64,000 bases of DNA from Eledone cirrhosa (Eukaryota): positions 43,648,001 to 43,712,000 of the forward strand of contig OZ024754.1 of the NCBI GenBank assembly GCA_964016885.1. The letters are read 5' to 3'. A program made the position numbers and the translations under genes. Positions 1 to 14,873 of the stretch are shown one piece after another (the first letter of the stretch is position 1; every line of letters begins with the position of its first letter). The notes beneath the pieces were generated by a model. The model searched no databases. It was not told the DNA's origin and saw only the letters and a list, made by a program, of their open reading frames with translations.

Positions 1-55
1 TGTGTGTTAATTAATTTAGAATACTGAAACTGTGTGTGTGTTTTACACACACAAG

Positions 56-110
<55 letters not shown>

Positions 111-771
111 ATGTATGTATAAGTGTGTGTGTGTGCATAATTACATAAGCATAACTGTTAACTTCCCTACCATAAGAGCAAACAAAGTGACAGCAAACCA
201 ATATTGTCCACGCACTTAATTAAATATTATTAAATATTGTCCATAAACTTAAACACAACTTGATCTCGCAGATACAAATCACACAAGAGAGAGTGAAACT
301 AATCACCTCCTTCAGATCTATAACATATAACTCCTATCAACAACCAAACATATATTAATTACAGGTACGGGGCTGAGAGACGTCATCAGGCTGATGTTAG
401 ATTACGTGGTTTCTTGATATTTCTGCAGCGACCAATACCCCGTTATGTATTTAGTATTGTATCAACACAGACCCAGAACGACCACTAAACATTAAACGAC
501 TCTACACCATCAACAAATAAGAACCGAGTACACACGATATTGTACCCACTCAACCATTTTAACAACAAATATAATACTAACCTAGCCATAGTAATTCTTA
601 CTGAACTAAATTACTAGCTTAAAGCTAAATATCTATATCGACTAAATCGAAACTTCGCAATCAATCCAATCACTTCCGAAATTCAACATCCTTGAAACAG
701 ATGCACCGGAATGTGTCCTTCCTGTATTTCTAAGGGGCTCCTATATAATTAGCTACTGTTTCTAGTAATAA

Positions 772-959
772 TTGTTTCTACTTTTGGCACAAGGCCAGCA
801 ATTACCCCAGTGTATTACTGGTACTTTATTTTATCGACCCCGTAAGGATGAAAGGCAAAGTTAACCTCGGTTGGATTTGAACTCAGAATGGCAAGGGCCG
901 TAACTCTATGCGTCAAAGCATGGCGTCCGCCCCTCTACCGATACTGCCAATCCACCGCC
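772..959 (-). mobile_element. tRNA-derived SINE, family 1 (cephalopod OK/OR-like)
   Basis: Minus strand has A-box-like TGGCAGTATCGG and B-box GAGTTCAAATCC, followed by body CCTTTCATCCTTACGGGGTCGATAAAATAAAGTACCAG that recurs at 6 or more loci in the window. Confidence 0.8.
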
Positions 960-973
960 CTTTTTCTAGTAAT

Positions 974-1171
974 AATGATTTCTGCTATAGACACAATGCC
1001 AGCAATTTGAAGGGGAAAGTCGAGTAAATAGACCCCAGTGCATTGCTGGTACTTTATTTTATCGACCCCGTAAAGGATGACAAGCAAAGCTCACCTGGGC
1101 CGGATTTGAACCCAGAACGTAAAGGGACGTAACTCTGTGTTGCAAAGCATGTTGTCCGACGCTCTACCGAT
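974..1171 (-). mobile_element. Second tandem copy of SINE family 1
   Basis: Same body (gtactttattttatcgaccccgtaaaggatga...ggatttgaacccag) immediately after the first copy. Confidence 0.8.
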
Positions 1172-1331
1172 GATATATATCTATTTCATCTTCTAAATCC
1201 AATATTTATAAGAAACGTTGAATGAAATATTGAATCCTTGATGGCAGGACTACTAAAGTGCTGAAGTACTCAATTTACCAATAAGTGTGGTTTTACTATA
1301 ATGGACCCTTACATTATGTTTATGTATAAGA

Positions 1332-1374
<43 letters not shown>

Positions 1375-1377
<3 letters not shown>

Positions 1378-1515
1378 GAAGGAAGTGTGGTAAGGAACCA
1401 GATGGACCATAACGTACCAGAGTACTCAATACTTAGGGTGGTAGAGTGGGTAATAGGAAAATGTCCAAGACCCCGACGGCAGAGCTCAAGCCGTTTCGAC
1501 GGATATTTCTGGACT
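1375..1515 (-). mobile_element. Family A TA-embedded element (half-hammerhead, PLE pLTR-like), single-arm copy
   Basis: About 140 bp unit shared with about 10 loci; (TA)n on both sides; minus strand starts AGTCCAGAAATATCCGTCGAAACGGC. Confidence 0.8.
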
Positions 1516-1617
1516 ATATATATATATATATTTGTTTGTGTGTGTGTGTGTATGTGCATATAAATACATTAGATATATATATATATATATATATTTATTT
1601 ATTTGTGTGTTTGTGTA

Positions 1618-1684
<67 letters not shown>

Positions 1685-1745
1685 TTGTATGTTTGTGTGT
1701 GTACATATATATATATAAATATATATATAAATTTGCATGTTTGTG

Positions 1746-1806
<61 letters not shown>

Positions 1807-2315
1807 ATATTTATATGTTTGAGTGTGTAAATAAAAAAGTAAGACATATTAGAGAGGTTATATTTGAAGGTCTCAAGTTCCACCTTTATCTAATTAACTG
1901 ATATTCAATCACAATACTTTATTTAACCCCATCTTATACGGTTAATTATCGATCTATTTACTATATGTATATATTTACCTTAGATCGTGTTTAGTCATTG
2001 ATTTATTACTTTGTTCAATCACACGACTGAAGTTGTGGCTTTTTTTTATTAGAAACTAATCGATATGTCAGTTTTGTTTTATATTGATAGATCTCTTCCA
2101 AAATTACACATACATGTATATATATGTATGTGTATATATATATGTATGTATGTGTGTATGTATATATATATATATATATATATAACTGAACAAAAAAGTT
2201 AGACGAACTCAGACATATACATATATAAAATCATATATAATTAAGATCAAGAGAGTAAATACAAAGATATATATATATATATACATACATATACATACAC
2301 ATATATATATGTATA

Positions 2316-2390
<75 letters not shown>

Positions 2391-2461
2391 TTGTATTTTT
2401 CTCTCTTGATCTTCTCTTCTGCCACTCTTATTATCTCAGTCTCTATCTATCTATCTATCTG

Positions 2462-2532
<71 letters not shown>

Positions 2533-3035
2533 CCATGTAGCTCAAACTCTTAAATTCCCTATCAAACAAGCTTCCCAGACTGATGTACATACATACATAC
2601 ATACATACATACATACATACATACATACATACATACATACATACATACATACATACATACATTACACAAACAAACAGACGCGCTCACAGACAGACAGACA
2701 GACGGACAGACAACTCTACCAGAATTTCATTTTTTAAACGTAATAAACTAAAGCAAGAATGTGTAAATGTTCCAGGAGAGTGGTGACGGTATCAACTAGC
2801 AGAGAGCCCAGTATAGCTCACCAAGGGTCTTGAAATATATCCGATTGTAATCTATATTAAAAGCCACCAGGAATTCTCAGCGACACACCTCAATGACTTT
2901 AGTTTGAAAACCTTTTTAGATATTTTACACTTGACATAAATAGACATGGAAATATATTTTACAAAACAAAAACAAAAAAGTTATAAGGAGGACATGGCAG
3001 AAAATATGTCTAGAAAATAACATAAAATAAAATAA

Positions 3036-3088
<53 letters not shown>

Positions 3089-3104
3089 TAATAATAATAA
3101 TAAT

Positions 3105-3260
3105 CATTTCATTTATTAGCCACAAGGACCGACATGTAGGGGACAATACAAAGACAGGGACAGTGGGGGTTTACAATAAGGATAATAATAATAATAATAA
3201 TAATAATAATGCTTTCTTTATTAGCCACAAGGGTTTACATAAAGTAGACATTAAGGACAA
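3105..3260 (-). mobile_element. Two LINE 3' tips in a (TAA)n tract
   Basis: tttattagccacaagg motif twice next to (taa)n; 3208-3260 is near-identical to the reverse complement of 50720-50772. Confidence 0.6.
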
Positions 3261-3279
3261 TAATAATAATAACGTAATT

Positions 3280-3650
3280 GTGATGATGATGATGATGATG
3301 ATGATGGTGATGAGGGTGGTGGTGGTGATGATGGTGGTGGTGAGGGTGATGGTGATGAGGGTGATGGTGATGATGGTGGTGTGATGATGGTGAGGGTGAT
3401 GGTGATGATGGTGTGATGAGGGTGGTGGTGATGATGGTGATGGTGATGGTGACGTTGATGGTGGTGATGGTGATGATGGTGGTGTGATGATGGTGAGGGT
3501 GATGGTGATGATGGTGTGATGAGGGTGGTGGTGATGATGGTGATGGTGATGGTGAGGATGATGATGATCATCATGGTGAGGATGATGATGATGATGATAG
3601 TGGTGGTGGTCATAATGATGATGATGATGATAACAACAACAACAATAATG
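3280..3650. repeat. (GAT/GGT)n compound trinucleotide repeat
   Basis: Direct inspection. Confidence 0.9.
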
Positions 3651-3742
3651 ACAATATTAGAATTGAAGAAAGAAGGAAAGAAAGAAACAGCATCAAGTTA
3701 AATTCCATGTCTGAGATTTCAGTTTTTGTTTATATTTTCCCA

Positions 3743-3847
<105 letters not shown>

Positions 3848-3971
3848 CACACACACACACACAGACACACTCATGCGCACACACACACACAGACAAATAC
3901 ACACACACATACACACACACACACACACACACAGACACACACATGCACACATACACACAGAGACACATAAA

Positions 3972-4155
3972 CGCTTTGCGGCATAGAGTTACGGTCCTTT
4001 ACGCTTTGAGTTCAAATCACGCCGAGGTTAACTTTGCCTTTCATCCTTACGGGGTCGATAAAATAAAGTACCAGTAATGCACGGAGTTCGATTTAATCGA
4101 CTTCCCCCACCACACTCCACCCAAATTTACTGGCCTTATGCCAATATGAAAAACC
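3972..4155 (+). mobile_element. SINE family 1
   Basis: gagttcaaatcacgccgagg...cctttcatccttacggggtcgataaaataaagtaccag. Confidence 0.8.
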
Positions 4156-4389
4156 TTTGTATGTATAAATCTCTGGTTTCCTATTTAATACGGAGAGAAA
4201 GACATCTCACATCTCTCACCAGTATTTCTATAACAAAGACTTTATGTATCTAATGTATTTGTATTCTAAACAGAATCGCACACGTAACACTTTAAAATGT
4301 CAGTACTTGCTTTACCATCTGCTGTTATTGATAAAGGTAAGGTAGTTAGGGGTCTGATAGATGTGGCTCACCTATTCTAAAGATATGAA

Positions 4390-4488
4390 GGCCAGTGGCT
4401 TAGTGGTTGGGGGTATTTAGCCTATGATCGTAAGGTTGTGAGTTCGATTCTCGTCGGCGTGTAGTGTCGTTGAGCAAGATACTTTATT
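4390..4488 (+). mobile_element. tRNA-derived SINE, family 2
   Basis: A box TGGCTTAGTGG, B box GAGTTCGATTC, then gtgtcgttgagcaagatactttatt. Confidence 0.75.
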
Positions 4489-4624
4489 GAGTTGTACCTG
4501 CAATTATTGGTATTTGGGGAGTTTGGCCTCCACAGCCCGACGTGCAGCAGAACCTGAGTTAGTCACTCCGTAGAAAGATAGAGAGTGAGAGAATGGGAGA
4601 GTGAGAAAGAGATAATAGAGAAAG

Positions 4625-4783
4625 AATCAACCCCCAGTACTTGACTGGTACTTTTTTTTATCGACCTCGAAAGGATGGAAGGCAAAGTTGACCTCGGCAG
4701 GATTTGAACTCAGAGATCAGAGAACAGAAACAATTTCTACAAAGTATTCCATCCGAGGTTCTAACGACTCTGCCAATTGGCCA
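4625..4783 (-). mobile_element. SINE family 1
   Basis: ggtactttttttatcgacctcgaaaggatggaaggcaaagttgacctcggcaggatttgaactc. Confidence 0.75.
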
Positions 4784-5121
4784 TCTTAATGTCAGGTATA
4801 GGGATGAGGTAAAATAGAGAAGGGTGTTTGGGGGTGGTAGGGGTGATAACAGCTAAAGTTAAACCAGGCGGAAACGTTACTTGATTGACTGGTCTAGGTT
4901 TTAGACAGGGAGGTGGGCTGAAACAGCTGTAATGAACCAACACGAAATTAATTGAAAACCTTATCAAATATCATTTAACAAGCTGACGAATTACTAACAA
5001 GATATATGTTATTTAACCACAGTTTTTCTTTTTTTGGGGGGTGGGGTGGGGGGTATTTCATTTTTTTTTTTTTTCGTTTTTGGAACATTTGAAAAATATA
5101 TTTGGTTCTAAGGTTGTATTA

Positions 5122-5163
<42 letters not shown>

Positions 5164-5558
5164 GAGGGGCACCATCGCTGAACATTAATATCGGTAAGGT
5201 TTTTTTTATATCGATATTTGTCGGACATCCACTGATGATTTATAAGTGCCCACCTACATATATTCCTACGGACTATGTGTAGGCTTCTACATTACCTGGA
5301 CATTATTTTCCCAATTTGTAGAACACTTATAATGAAACGATCGTTTGGAAAGAGAGATGTATTTTAATTATGTCTCATATAAAATAATACAACTGGCTAT
5401 CCGCAAAATACGTATAGTTAGCACGCCAAACGTATAATTGGGATTATACTAAGGTATATCCTAATGTTTGTTGAGTGAGACGGAAGCCAGTCGGAGTATT
5501 GCTTAAAGCTTTCTCTGTTAATGTATTAAATATATATATATATATATACATAGAAATA

Positions 5559-5616
<58 letters not shown>

Positions 5617-5623
5617 CACATTT

Positions 5624-5729
5624 ATAGGAAAAAGTATATACTTTTTCCTATTTCCCACTCTACTACCCTAAGTATTGAGTACTCTGGTGCGTTATGGTCC
5701 ATCTGGTTCCTTACCACAATTCCTTTGTT
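5624..5729 (+). mobile_element. Family A 3' tail with short terminal palindrome
   Basis: ataggaaaaagtat|atactttttcctat hairpin, then the family A tail ending in (TA)n. Confidence 0.75.
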
Positions 5730-5882
5730 ATATACATTTATATATATATAAATATGAATGTATATATATGAATTTATATATATATTTATTTATGAATATA
5801 CATATATAAACATATATATACATACATATATATATATATGTATATATATATGTATATATATATGAATATATATATATACATA

Positions 5883-5929
5883 TTCGATGTCGAAACGGCT
5901 TGAGCTCAGCCGTCGGGGTCTTACTGGTT

Positions 5930-5933
<4 letters not shown>
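5883..5933 (+). mobile_element. Family A short arm
   Basis: gtcgaaacggcttgagctcagccgtcggggtcttactggttcctat + (TA)n. Confidence 0.75.
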
Positions 5934-5988
<55 letters not shown>

Positions 5989-6070
5989 ATACACACACAC
6001 ATGCATGTATATATATATACATGTATATATGATATTAAATAAATGGAAACTATATTTATAAAACCATATT

Positions 6071-6136
6071 TATTTCGTTATATATATTTCAGGGATATCA
6101 TATTAACAATATGTTATGCCTTCTTCAGACAAAATA
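6071..6136 (-). ncRNA. Type I hammerhead ribozyme motif
   Basis: Inverted copy of the 6284-6349 motif. Confidence 0.75.
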
Positions 6137-6283
6137 CAATATAAACAGTCTTATAAATAAATAGATACGACATACCTTTCAATCACCTTGCATTTGGGAG
6201 GTTGATTTGGCAAATCAACCTCCCAAATGCAAGGTGATTGAAAGGTTTGTCGTATCTATTTATTTATAAGACTGTTTATATTG

Positions 6284-6349
6284 TATTTTGTCTGAAGAAG
6301 GCATAACATATTGTTAATATTATATCCCTGAAATATATATAACGAAATA
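6284..6349 (+). ncRNA. Type I hammerhead ribozyme motif
   Basis: Stem I TATTTTGT/ACGAAATA, CTGAAGA, stem II AGG...CCT, GAAA, palindromic TATATA stem III, AUA cleavage triplet. Confidence 0.78.
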
Positions 6350-6609
6350 AATATGGTTTTATAAATATAGTTTCCATTTATTTAATATCATAAATATACT
6401 CCAAATACTTGTTGAGTGCTTTTATATCAGTTATAAATATTTACTCGTTGTTAACCCAACAATTTAAATATAACTTTCCATGTATACATGTATATATATA
6501 TGTATATATACAACAGTGCTCCTCATACGACATACATAAGTAACACCAGTCCAGATAATAGGATATAAACGATGTAACTACTAGATTTCCCTCTAAAGAA
6601 TATAGACTG

Positions 6610-6624
6610 TATTATATATAATAC

Positions 6625-6669
<45 letters not shown>

Positions 6670-6671
6670 AC

Positions 6672-6730
<59 letters not shown>

Positions 6731-6731
6731 A

Positions 6732-6786
<55 letters not shown>

Positions 6787-6790
6787 GTAT

Positions 6791-6869
<79 letters not shown>

Positions 6870-6881
6870 TTATAAATATAA

Positions 6882-6952
<71 letters not shown>

Positions 6953-6956
6953 ATAC

Positions 6957-6990
<34 letters not shown>

Positions 6991-7038
6991 CATTTATATA
7001 TATATATATATGTAAATATGCATATATATATGTATACA

Positions 7039-7072
<34 letters not shown>

Positions 7073-7127
7073 CAGTGCATGTGTGTGTATGCATATAATA
7101 TAAAAATGTAACACACACATCTATGTA

Positions 7128-7226
<99 letters not shown>

Positions 7227-7241
7227 GTATATATATATATG

Positions 7242-7286
<45 letters not shown>

Positions 7287-7292
7287 TTATAA

Positions 7293-7384
<92 letters not shown>

Positions 7385-7425
7385 CAATTTATATATATAT
7401 ATACACGTATATGCATATATATAAA
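6610..7425. repeat. Long interrupted (TA)n microsatellite
   Basis: Direct inspection; representative of many such tracts. Confidence 0.95.
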
Positions 7426-7548
7426 TCAAGGGTTTATTTGAATAATATACTAAAAACTCATAAAAAAAACCGTTCCTAAGTTTCGGAAAGTATGGCGCCA
7501 GTTGGTGCCAAGGAATAATTATATATGCATTCCTTGGTAGTTATATAT

Positions 7549-7579
<31 letters not shown>

Positions 7580-7592
7580 CATACATAAATAA

Positions 7593-7637
<45 letters not shown>

Positions 7638-7671
7638 TTATATATATACATATATATACATATATATATAA

Positions 7672-7711
<40 letters not shown>

Positions 7712-7765
7712 ACATATATAAATATACACATATATATATATATACATATATATATATATCTATAC

Positions 7766-7796
<31 letters not shown>

Positions 7797-7831
7797 CATA
7801 TATATATACATATATATATGTATATCTATAC

Positions 7832-7930
<99 letters not shown>

Positions 7931-8450
7931 TGTGTGTGTGCGTCTCTATGCAGCAACCAACTGACCACACACAATCTTACACGACTTCTCATTGTTTGGG
8001 GTCTCTGCTTGTTATTTCTTTGTAGGTGTATGTCTCTGTTTGTATCTCTGTGTTTATGTCTGTGTGTGTGTGTGCGTATGTTTATATGTGTCTGTGTGTG
8101 TGTGTTTATGTCTGTGTGTGTGTGTGCGTATGTTTATATGTGTTTGTGTCTGTGTGTGTGTGTTTATGTCTGTGTGTGTGTGTGCGTATGTTTATGTGTG
8201 TGTCTTAGTTTTTTGTGGAGGGATACGTTATTTACGTTGGTGGTGGTGGAGGTGGAGGTGGTGGTGGGTTGTGTGTTGGTGAGGGTGTGGGTTATATTGG
8301 CGGGGAGGGGTGGTGTTGGTGGAGCCCTCTAGCGTTCGAGAAGGAATACATTACACGCACGTAATTGATGTCCGTTGATGGAAACATAGATCCTCTCCCA
8401 CACACACGCACACACATTGTGTATATATACACACATATATATATATGTAT

Positions 8451-8494
<44 letters not shown>

Positions 8495-8595
8495 GTGTGT
8501 GTGTGAGTGGGCGCGCGAGTCTGCTTATATAACACGTATTTGACATTTGTTCATATATAAAAAATTAATCATTAACATGAATATATATACATATG

Positions 8596-8654
<59 letters not shown>

Positions 8655-8671
8655 TACATACATATATTTAC

Positions 8672-8703
<32 letters not shown>

Positions 8704-8704
8704 T

Positions 8705-8768
<64 letters not shown>

Positions 8769-8810
8769 TATAAATGCATATATGTATGTATATATGTATA
8801 TATATATTTT

Positions 8811-8900
8811 GGGATTCGCAATCTTGAGGTTGTGAGTTCGATTCCCGGACCAGGCGATGCGTTATGTCCTTGAGCAAGACACTTTATTTCACGTTGCTCC
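8811..8900 (+). mobile_element. SINE family 2, 5'-truncated
   Basis: gagttcgattcccggacc...gtccttgagcaagacactttatttcacgttgctcc. Confidence 0.75.
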
Positions 8901-9509
8901 TTTTACACGCACATACATAGAAAACTAACCTAACTTATATATATGCATGTAACTCTGTGTGTGTGTTTGTGTGTGTTTGTATATATGTGTGCTACTATGT
9001 ATGTATGTGTGACAAAGTATGTGTATGTGACCAGGTATTTGTATGTAACTTTATGCATGTGTGTGTGTATGTACGTATGTATGTATGTATGTATGTTTAT
9101 TTGTGTTCGTCTGTAGTGTCCTTGATGTAATAAAAAATATTAATTAATTAATTTAATGATGAGAACAATAATTATTTTAATGACTAATCCTGGTAAAAAG
9201 AAGATAAAAGCAAGGGGAGACAATCATAATTAGTTAATTGTAACTAATTGCAAAAGTACTGTAATAGGAAGTGGGAGAATGAGTAACAGTACTTTAAACA
9301 TTGTATACATACATACATAGATATACACATATATTTACATACGTACGTACATACATATATGTATATACATATATATACATACGTACATACATACAAACAT
9401 TAATGGATGCATGTATGCTTACATGGATATATACTTATGTATTTATATGTTTCTATATGTGTATACATACATACATACAGATTCACACGTATATATATAT
9501 ATATATATA

Positions 9510-9764
9510 AGGGAAAGTATGACCCCGACGGCAGAGCTCAAGCCGTTTCTACGGCTATTTCTGGACTGTATGCTTAGTGTCCTTGATGTAATAAAAAATA
9601 TTAATTAATTTATTTAATGATGAGAGCAGTCCAGAAATAGCCGTCGAAACGGCTTGAGCTCTGCCGTCGGGGTCATACTTTTCCTCTTCCCCACTCTACT
9701 ACCCTAAGTATTGAGTACTCTGGTGCGTTATGGTCCATCTGGTTCCTTACCACAATTCCTTTGT

Positions 9765-9765
<1 letters not shown>
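9510..9765 (+). mobile_element. Family A inverted dimer with a templated central insert
   Basis: Arm 9510-9568 is inverted relative to 9627-9685; the spacer copies 9114-9164; (TA)n flanks. Confidence 0.85.
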
Positions 9766-9827
<62 letters not shown>

Positions 9828-9900
9828 ATATATATATAATTGTTTGCTTTCCTTACTTTTCTCAACGTCTATCTCTCTATTTCGTCTTTTGTTTCTCATG

Positions 9901-9939
9901 TTCTATCTGATGAAGGTCTATTGTCCGAAACGTTAAGAA
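9901..9939 (+). ncRNA. Minimal hammerhead motif (family C) in TA-flanked element 9840-10010
   Basis: CTGATGA-AGG..CC-GAAA-CGTT-AAGAA with palindromic AACGTT stem III; weak stems I and II; tail cgtcaaactaata shared with 14620, 20240 and 24142. Confidence 0.55.
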
Positions 9940-10028
9940 AGGTTATTTCAAACGTCAAACTAATATATTTCTTCATTGTACTGTACCGTTTGCTTTTCTT
10001 TTTCCTGTTTACACACACAGACACACAC

Positions 10029-10100
<72 letters not shown>

Positions 10101-10979
10101 CCACCAACCTAATTTTAATAATACATTAAAGGAAACAAAATTTGTTTTACAGGTAAAATTATTCATAATTAAAAATAGGTAAATAATAAATAATTTTTTT
10201 TTTTAATTAAATTTTCCTAAAAGTCTTGTGGAACCCCAGAATTTGTTCCCGACAGCTTGAGTACGTCATATCGGTAATTAAGATGATACGGTGTGACTTG
10301 ACGGAGATTTTTTTTGTTACTGCTATTTCTAACATGTCAACTGACCACTTAAAATCTCCTTCGTTGGTTCATGAATGAGCTAACTCCATAAATAAAACGA
10401 AATTCTTTCGAAATGTAATGAAATCCGGACGGTTATTTCCGTTCTTCGGCAAATTTTACTTATTCCTTTACGACGGAACTTCTTCAGAAAATACCAAATT
10501 GACAATAATACGAAGTCAATTGGAGTTTTTTTTATATATATATATATATATATTATTTTATTTTATTATTTTAAGTTGTTGCTTTTTGTTTGTTTTTATC
10601 TGCATTGGCATTTTATTAATCTTTAAACAGAAACCATTAATTTCCGGTAAAGACCTCTGAAATACCACAAACAATATGGCGAATATTTTTCCTTATTGGA
10701 AAATCAAATTAACCTGTTATGTGTTTGTTTCTTTATTGGCGTTATTATAGTTGTTGTTGGTGGTGGTAGTGGTAGTGGTGGTGGAGGTGGTGGAGGTGAT
10801 GGTGGTGGTCGTGGCGGGGTGGTGTTGGTGGCGGTGTTGGTGCTGGTGGTGGTAGTGATGCTGCTGGTGGTGGTACTGGTGGTGGTGATAGTGGTAGTGG
10901 TGGTGGTGGTGGTGGTGGTGGTGAGTGGGGTGGGTTGTAGGCTGGTTAGATGGTTTTTTGGGAGGCTGGTTAGTTCATT

Positions 10980-11265
10980 GGCTGGCTGCCTGGCTGGTTG
11001 GTTGGTTGGTTGGGTAGTTGGTTGGTAGGTTGGTTGGCTGGTTAGTTGGTTGGTTGGTTGGTTGGTTGGTTGGCTGGTTGGCTGGTTAGTTGGTTGGTTG
11101 GTTGGTTGGTTGGTTGGCTGGTTGGCTGGTCGGCTGGATGGTTGTTTGGCTGGTAGGTTGGTTGGTTGGCTGGTTGGTTGGTTGGTTGGTTGGCTGGTTG
11201 GTTGGTTGGTTGGTTAGTTGGTTGGCTGGCTGGTTGGTTGATTGGTTGGTTGGTTGGTTGGTTGC
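10980..11265. repeat. (GGTT/GGCT)n tetranucleotide repeat
   Basis: Direct inspection. Confidence 0.9.
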
Positions 11266-11459
11266 TGGGTATGAAGACAACATGAGGGGACATGATGGTG
11301 GTGGTATGATACACCGGAAATATGCAACAATATCAGATATCCAGATACATCAAGTAGCCATGTTGTGCAGGAGTTTCCTGTTTCGTATGACAGCACAACT
11401 GGAGAAATGTTATTGTCTTCCATTTATATCGATGTCGTAATAACGAATATGACCCTAAC

Positions 11460-12085
11460 AATACCACCAACACCACACCACCACACTACCACCAACACCA
11501 GCACCACACCACTACCAGCACACCAGCAACAACACCAACAACACCAACACCACCAAACCAGCACCACACTACCGCCAACACTAGCACGACACCACTACCA
11601 CATCAACTCCAGCACCGCTACTAACACCACCTCACTACCACCAAAACCAGCACCACACCACCACCACCACACCACTACACCACTACCACCACACCAACAC
11701 CAACACCACTACCACACCACCACACTACCAGCACCACACCACCACACTACCACCACCACACCGCTACACCACTACCACCACACCAACACCAACACCACTA
11801 CCACACCACCAACAACACACCCAAATATTATATCTTCATTGATGGTGCTGGAGTGTGTCGAAATGAATGGGTGGTGATGGTGATGGTGTTGGTGGTGGTG
11901 ATGGTGTTGGTGGTGGTGGTGATGGTGGTGGTGGTGGTGTTGTTGTTGGTGGTGGTGGTGGTGGTGAATGCGTTGTGGCAGTGGTGGCAGTGGTGGTAGT
12001 GGGGTTGAGGGGAACAATTTGAAGTGGTGGTAGTAGTCAAGGGAATGCGTGATGATGATGATGATGGTGGTGGCGGTGGTGGCGG
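11460..12085. repeat. (CAC)n-rich tract followed by an oppositely oriented (GGT)n tract
   Basis: Direct inspection. Confidence 0.85.
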
Positions 12086-12449
12086 CAAGGAGGTAGAGGA
12101 CCTCTTCTTTGTTTCTTTACCTCTATCTTATTGTAATTTAAGTCCAGGTGTAAATGTTGGTGCACGGTGTTGGTAGATATTGACACGGCTTCTACAGCTA
12201 ATGTCTTACCTTAACCTCAACATGAGTGGCGTTAGCTCAGAGGTTCACAGACTCGCTCCTCCACTCTCACGCCCGCGTGATACCCTCAGCCCCCCCCCCC
12301 CCCCCCACCACCACCACCACCCTACTTCCAGAAAGACCTGCCTACACGCAAATTCAAAATAATATATAATAAATAAAATCTTTAATTTATATATAATAAA
12401 TAATATAATAAATACTATGTATAAATAAATATTATATATTTTTTTATTA

Positions 12450-13297
<848 letters not shown>

Positions 13298-13597
13298 CCG
13301 CCATGCAGTCTCCTCCACATATCTCCTGACGACATAAAAGTCAATTCTAACTCAGGGACGTTAACGATTTCTTTATTCTACAAACCGAATATTTATTATT
13401 CTTCTCATTCTGACTGAAGAAGAACTAAAGATGTATACAGACGTATACTTACATGCACACACATACATACATACACACACATACTTACATGCACACACAC
13501 ACATACATACACAGACACACCACTCACATGCGCACATATATATGTATATATATATATATATATGCATAAATAAATATATATACACATATATACATAA

Positions 13598-13660
<63 letters not shown>

Positions 13661-13708
13661 TATATATACCTATATACATAAATATATATATATACATATA
13701 TATAGATT

Positions 13709-13744
<36 letters not shown>

Positions 13745-13888
13745 CATATATATACATATATATATATATACACATATATACATATATATATATATACACA
13801 TATATACCTATATATATATACATATATATACATATATATATACATACATAAATATATATATATATACATAAATATATATATATATGTT

Positions 13889-13935
<47 letters not shown>

Positions 13936-14164
13936 TGTTTTTCAAAGAAAGCGGTGATAGAATAAGAAATAAACATTTAAATATATTCATAAAGATAATA
14001 GCCACCATTATAACAATCATTTAGTAATCACAACTTTACCAAAATCTCGCAAAAAATGTTGATAAATTTTTGCCGACAATAATAGATTTTCAAATATAAA
14101 TTACTATTATGAAAAGCATAATAGCTATGACTTCAATAATAATATCAACTGCACGAGCAACAAT

Positions 14165-14535
14165 ATTAGTAGTGATTTCTTTATTAGCCAGACAGGTCTC
14201 ACATTAAGGAAACATTAAAGACGGCACAGGATGTTACACTGTGGATTTTTCTTTGTGTAAAATATAATTTATAAATGAGACTAAGAAAATAAACATTTAA
14301 AACAAACATAACTTCCCCAAAATTGAGGAGACTCTAAGGGTCACTCGTGGAGAAATCCCACAAAAGCCGCGGTCGCCCTGTCCGCTAGGGCAAAGTGCCC
14401 TCTCCCAGTTTTTCTACTCCAATCTACCGGGGATTATACTCAAGGCAGGCCTATTCACACGGACCAGGGTCGTTACTCTCACCCACCTTTCCACAACCAG
14501 GGTGGAAGGCAACACTTCCCTCTGCACCCTGATAT
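14165..14535 (-). mobile_element. 5'-truncated LINE 3' end (L1/Tx1-like)
   Basis: Minus strand translates IRVQREVLPSTLVVE.. and WVRVTTLVRVN (across a frameshift), then a 3' UTR ending ggctaataaagaaat like the tips at 3105-3260; clade assigned from recalled similarity only. Confidence 0.5.
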
Positions 14536-14538
14536 ACT

Positions 14539-14616
<78 letters not shown>

Positions 14617-14835
14617 ACTAACGTTAAGACCCTCTTCCTGCTATTCCAAGCGTTAAACTAATATATAACTTCCATATACTGTACCGATTGTGTTGTTACT
14701 CTGTTTGCCTTTTACATACATATATATATATATATTTTTACCCGATAATCTTCCTATGCTTTAATGTATGTACACTCCATATTCTTCTGAGTTTTTGGCT
14801 TGTATTGGCCGATAGTGCTTCTTATAGCTTTAATT

Positions 14836-14873
14836 GCCCTGATGAGTCCTTAATAGGACGAAACATTGTTGGC
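14836..14873 (+). ncRNA. Minimal type I hammerhead ribozyme motif
   Basis: GCC-CTGATGA-GTCCT(TAAT)AGGAC-GAAAC-ATT-GTT-GGC, then AATAAA at 14875. Confidence 0.75.

Larger units (their letters stand above)
6029..6500. mobile_element. Palindromic PLE-like element (family D) with about 180-bp inverted arms, apex near 6210
   Basis: 6029-6209 is the near-perfect reverse complement of 6211-6392; each arm has a hammerhead; homologous single copy at 17902-18050. Confidence 0.85.

Noticed and set aside
4390-4460. tRNA gene (also other A/B-box hits)
   Set aside because: No cloverleaf; continues into a SINE body
5161-5200. TA-CGAGGGG mariner-like TIR start
   Set aside because: No matching right TIR or transposase remnant found
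10430-10495. Minus-strand CTGAAGA...GAAA hammerhead-like string
   Set aside because: Stems I and III do not pair convincingly
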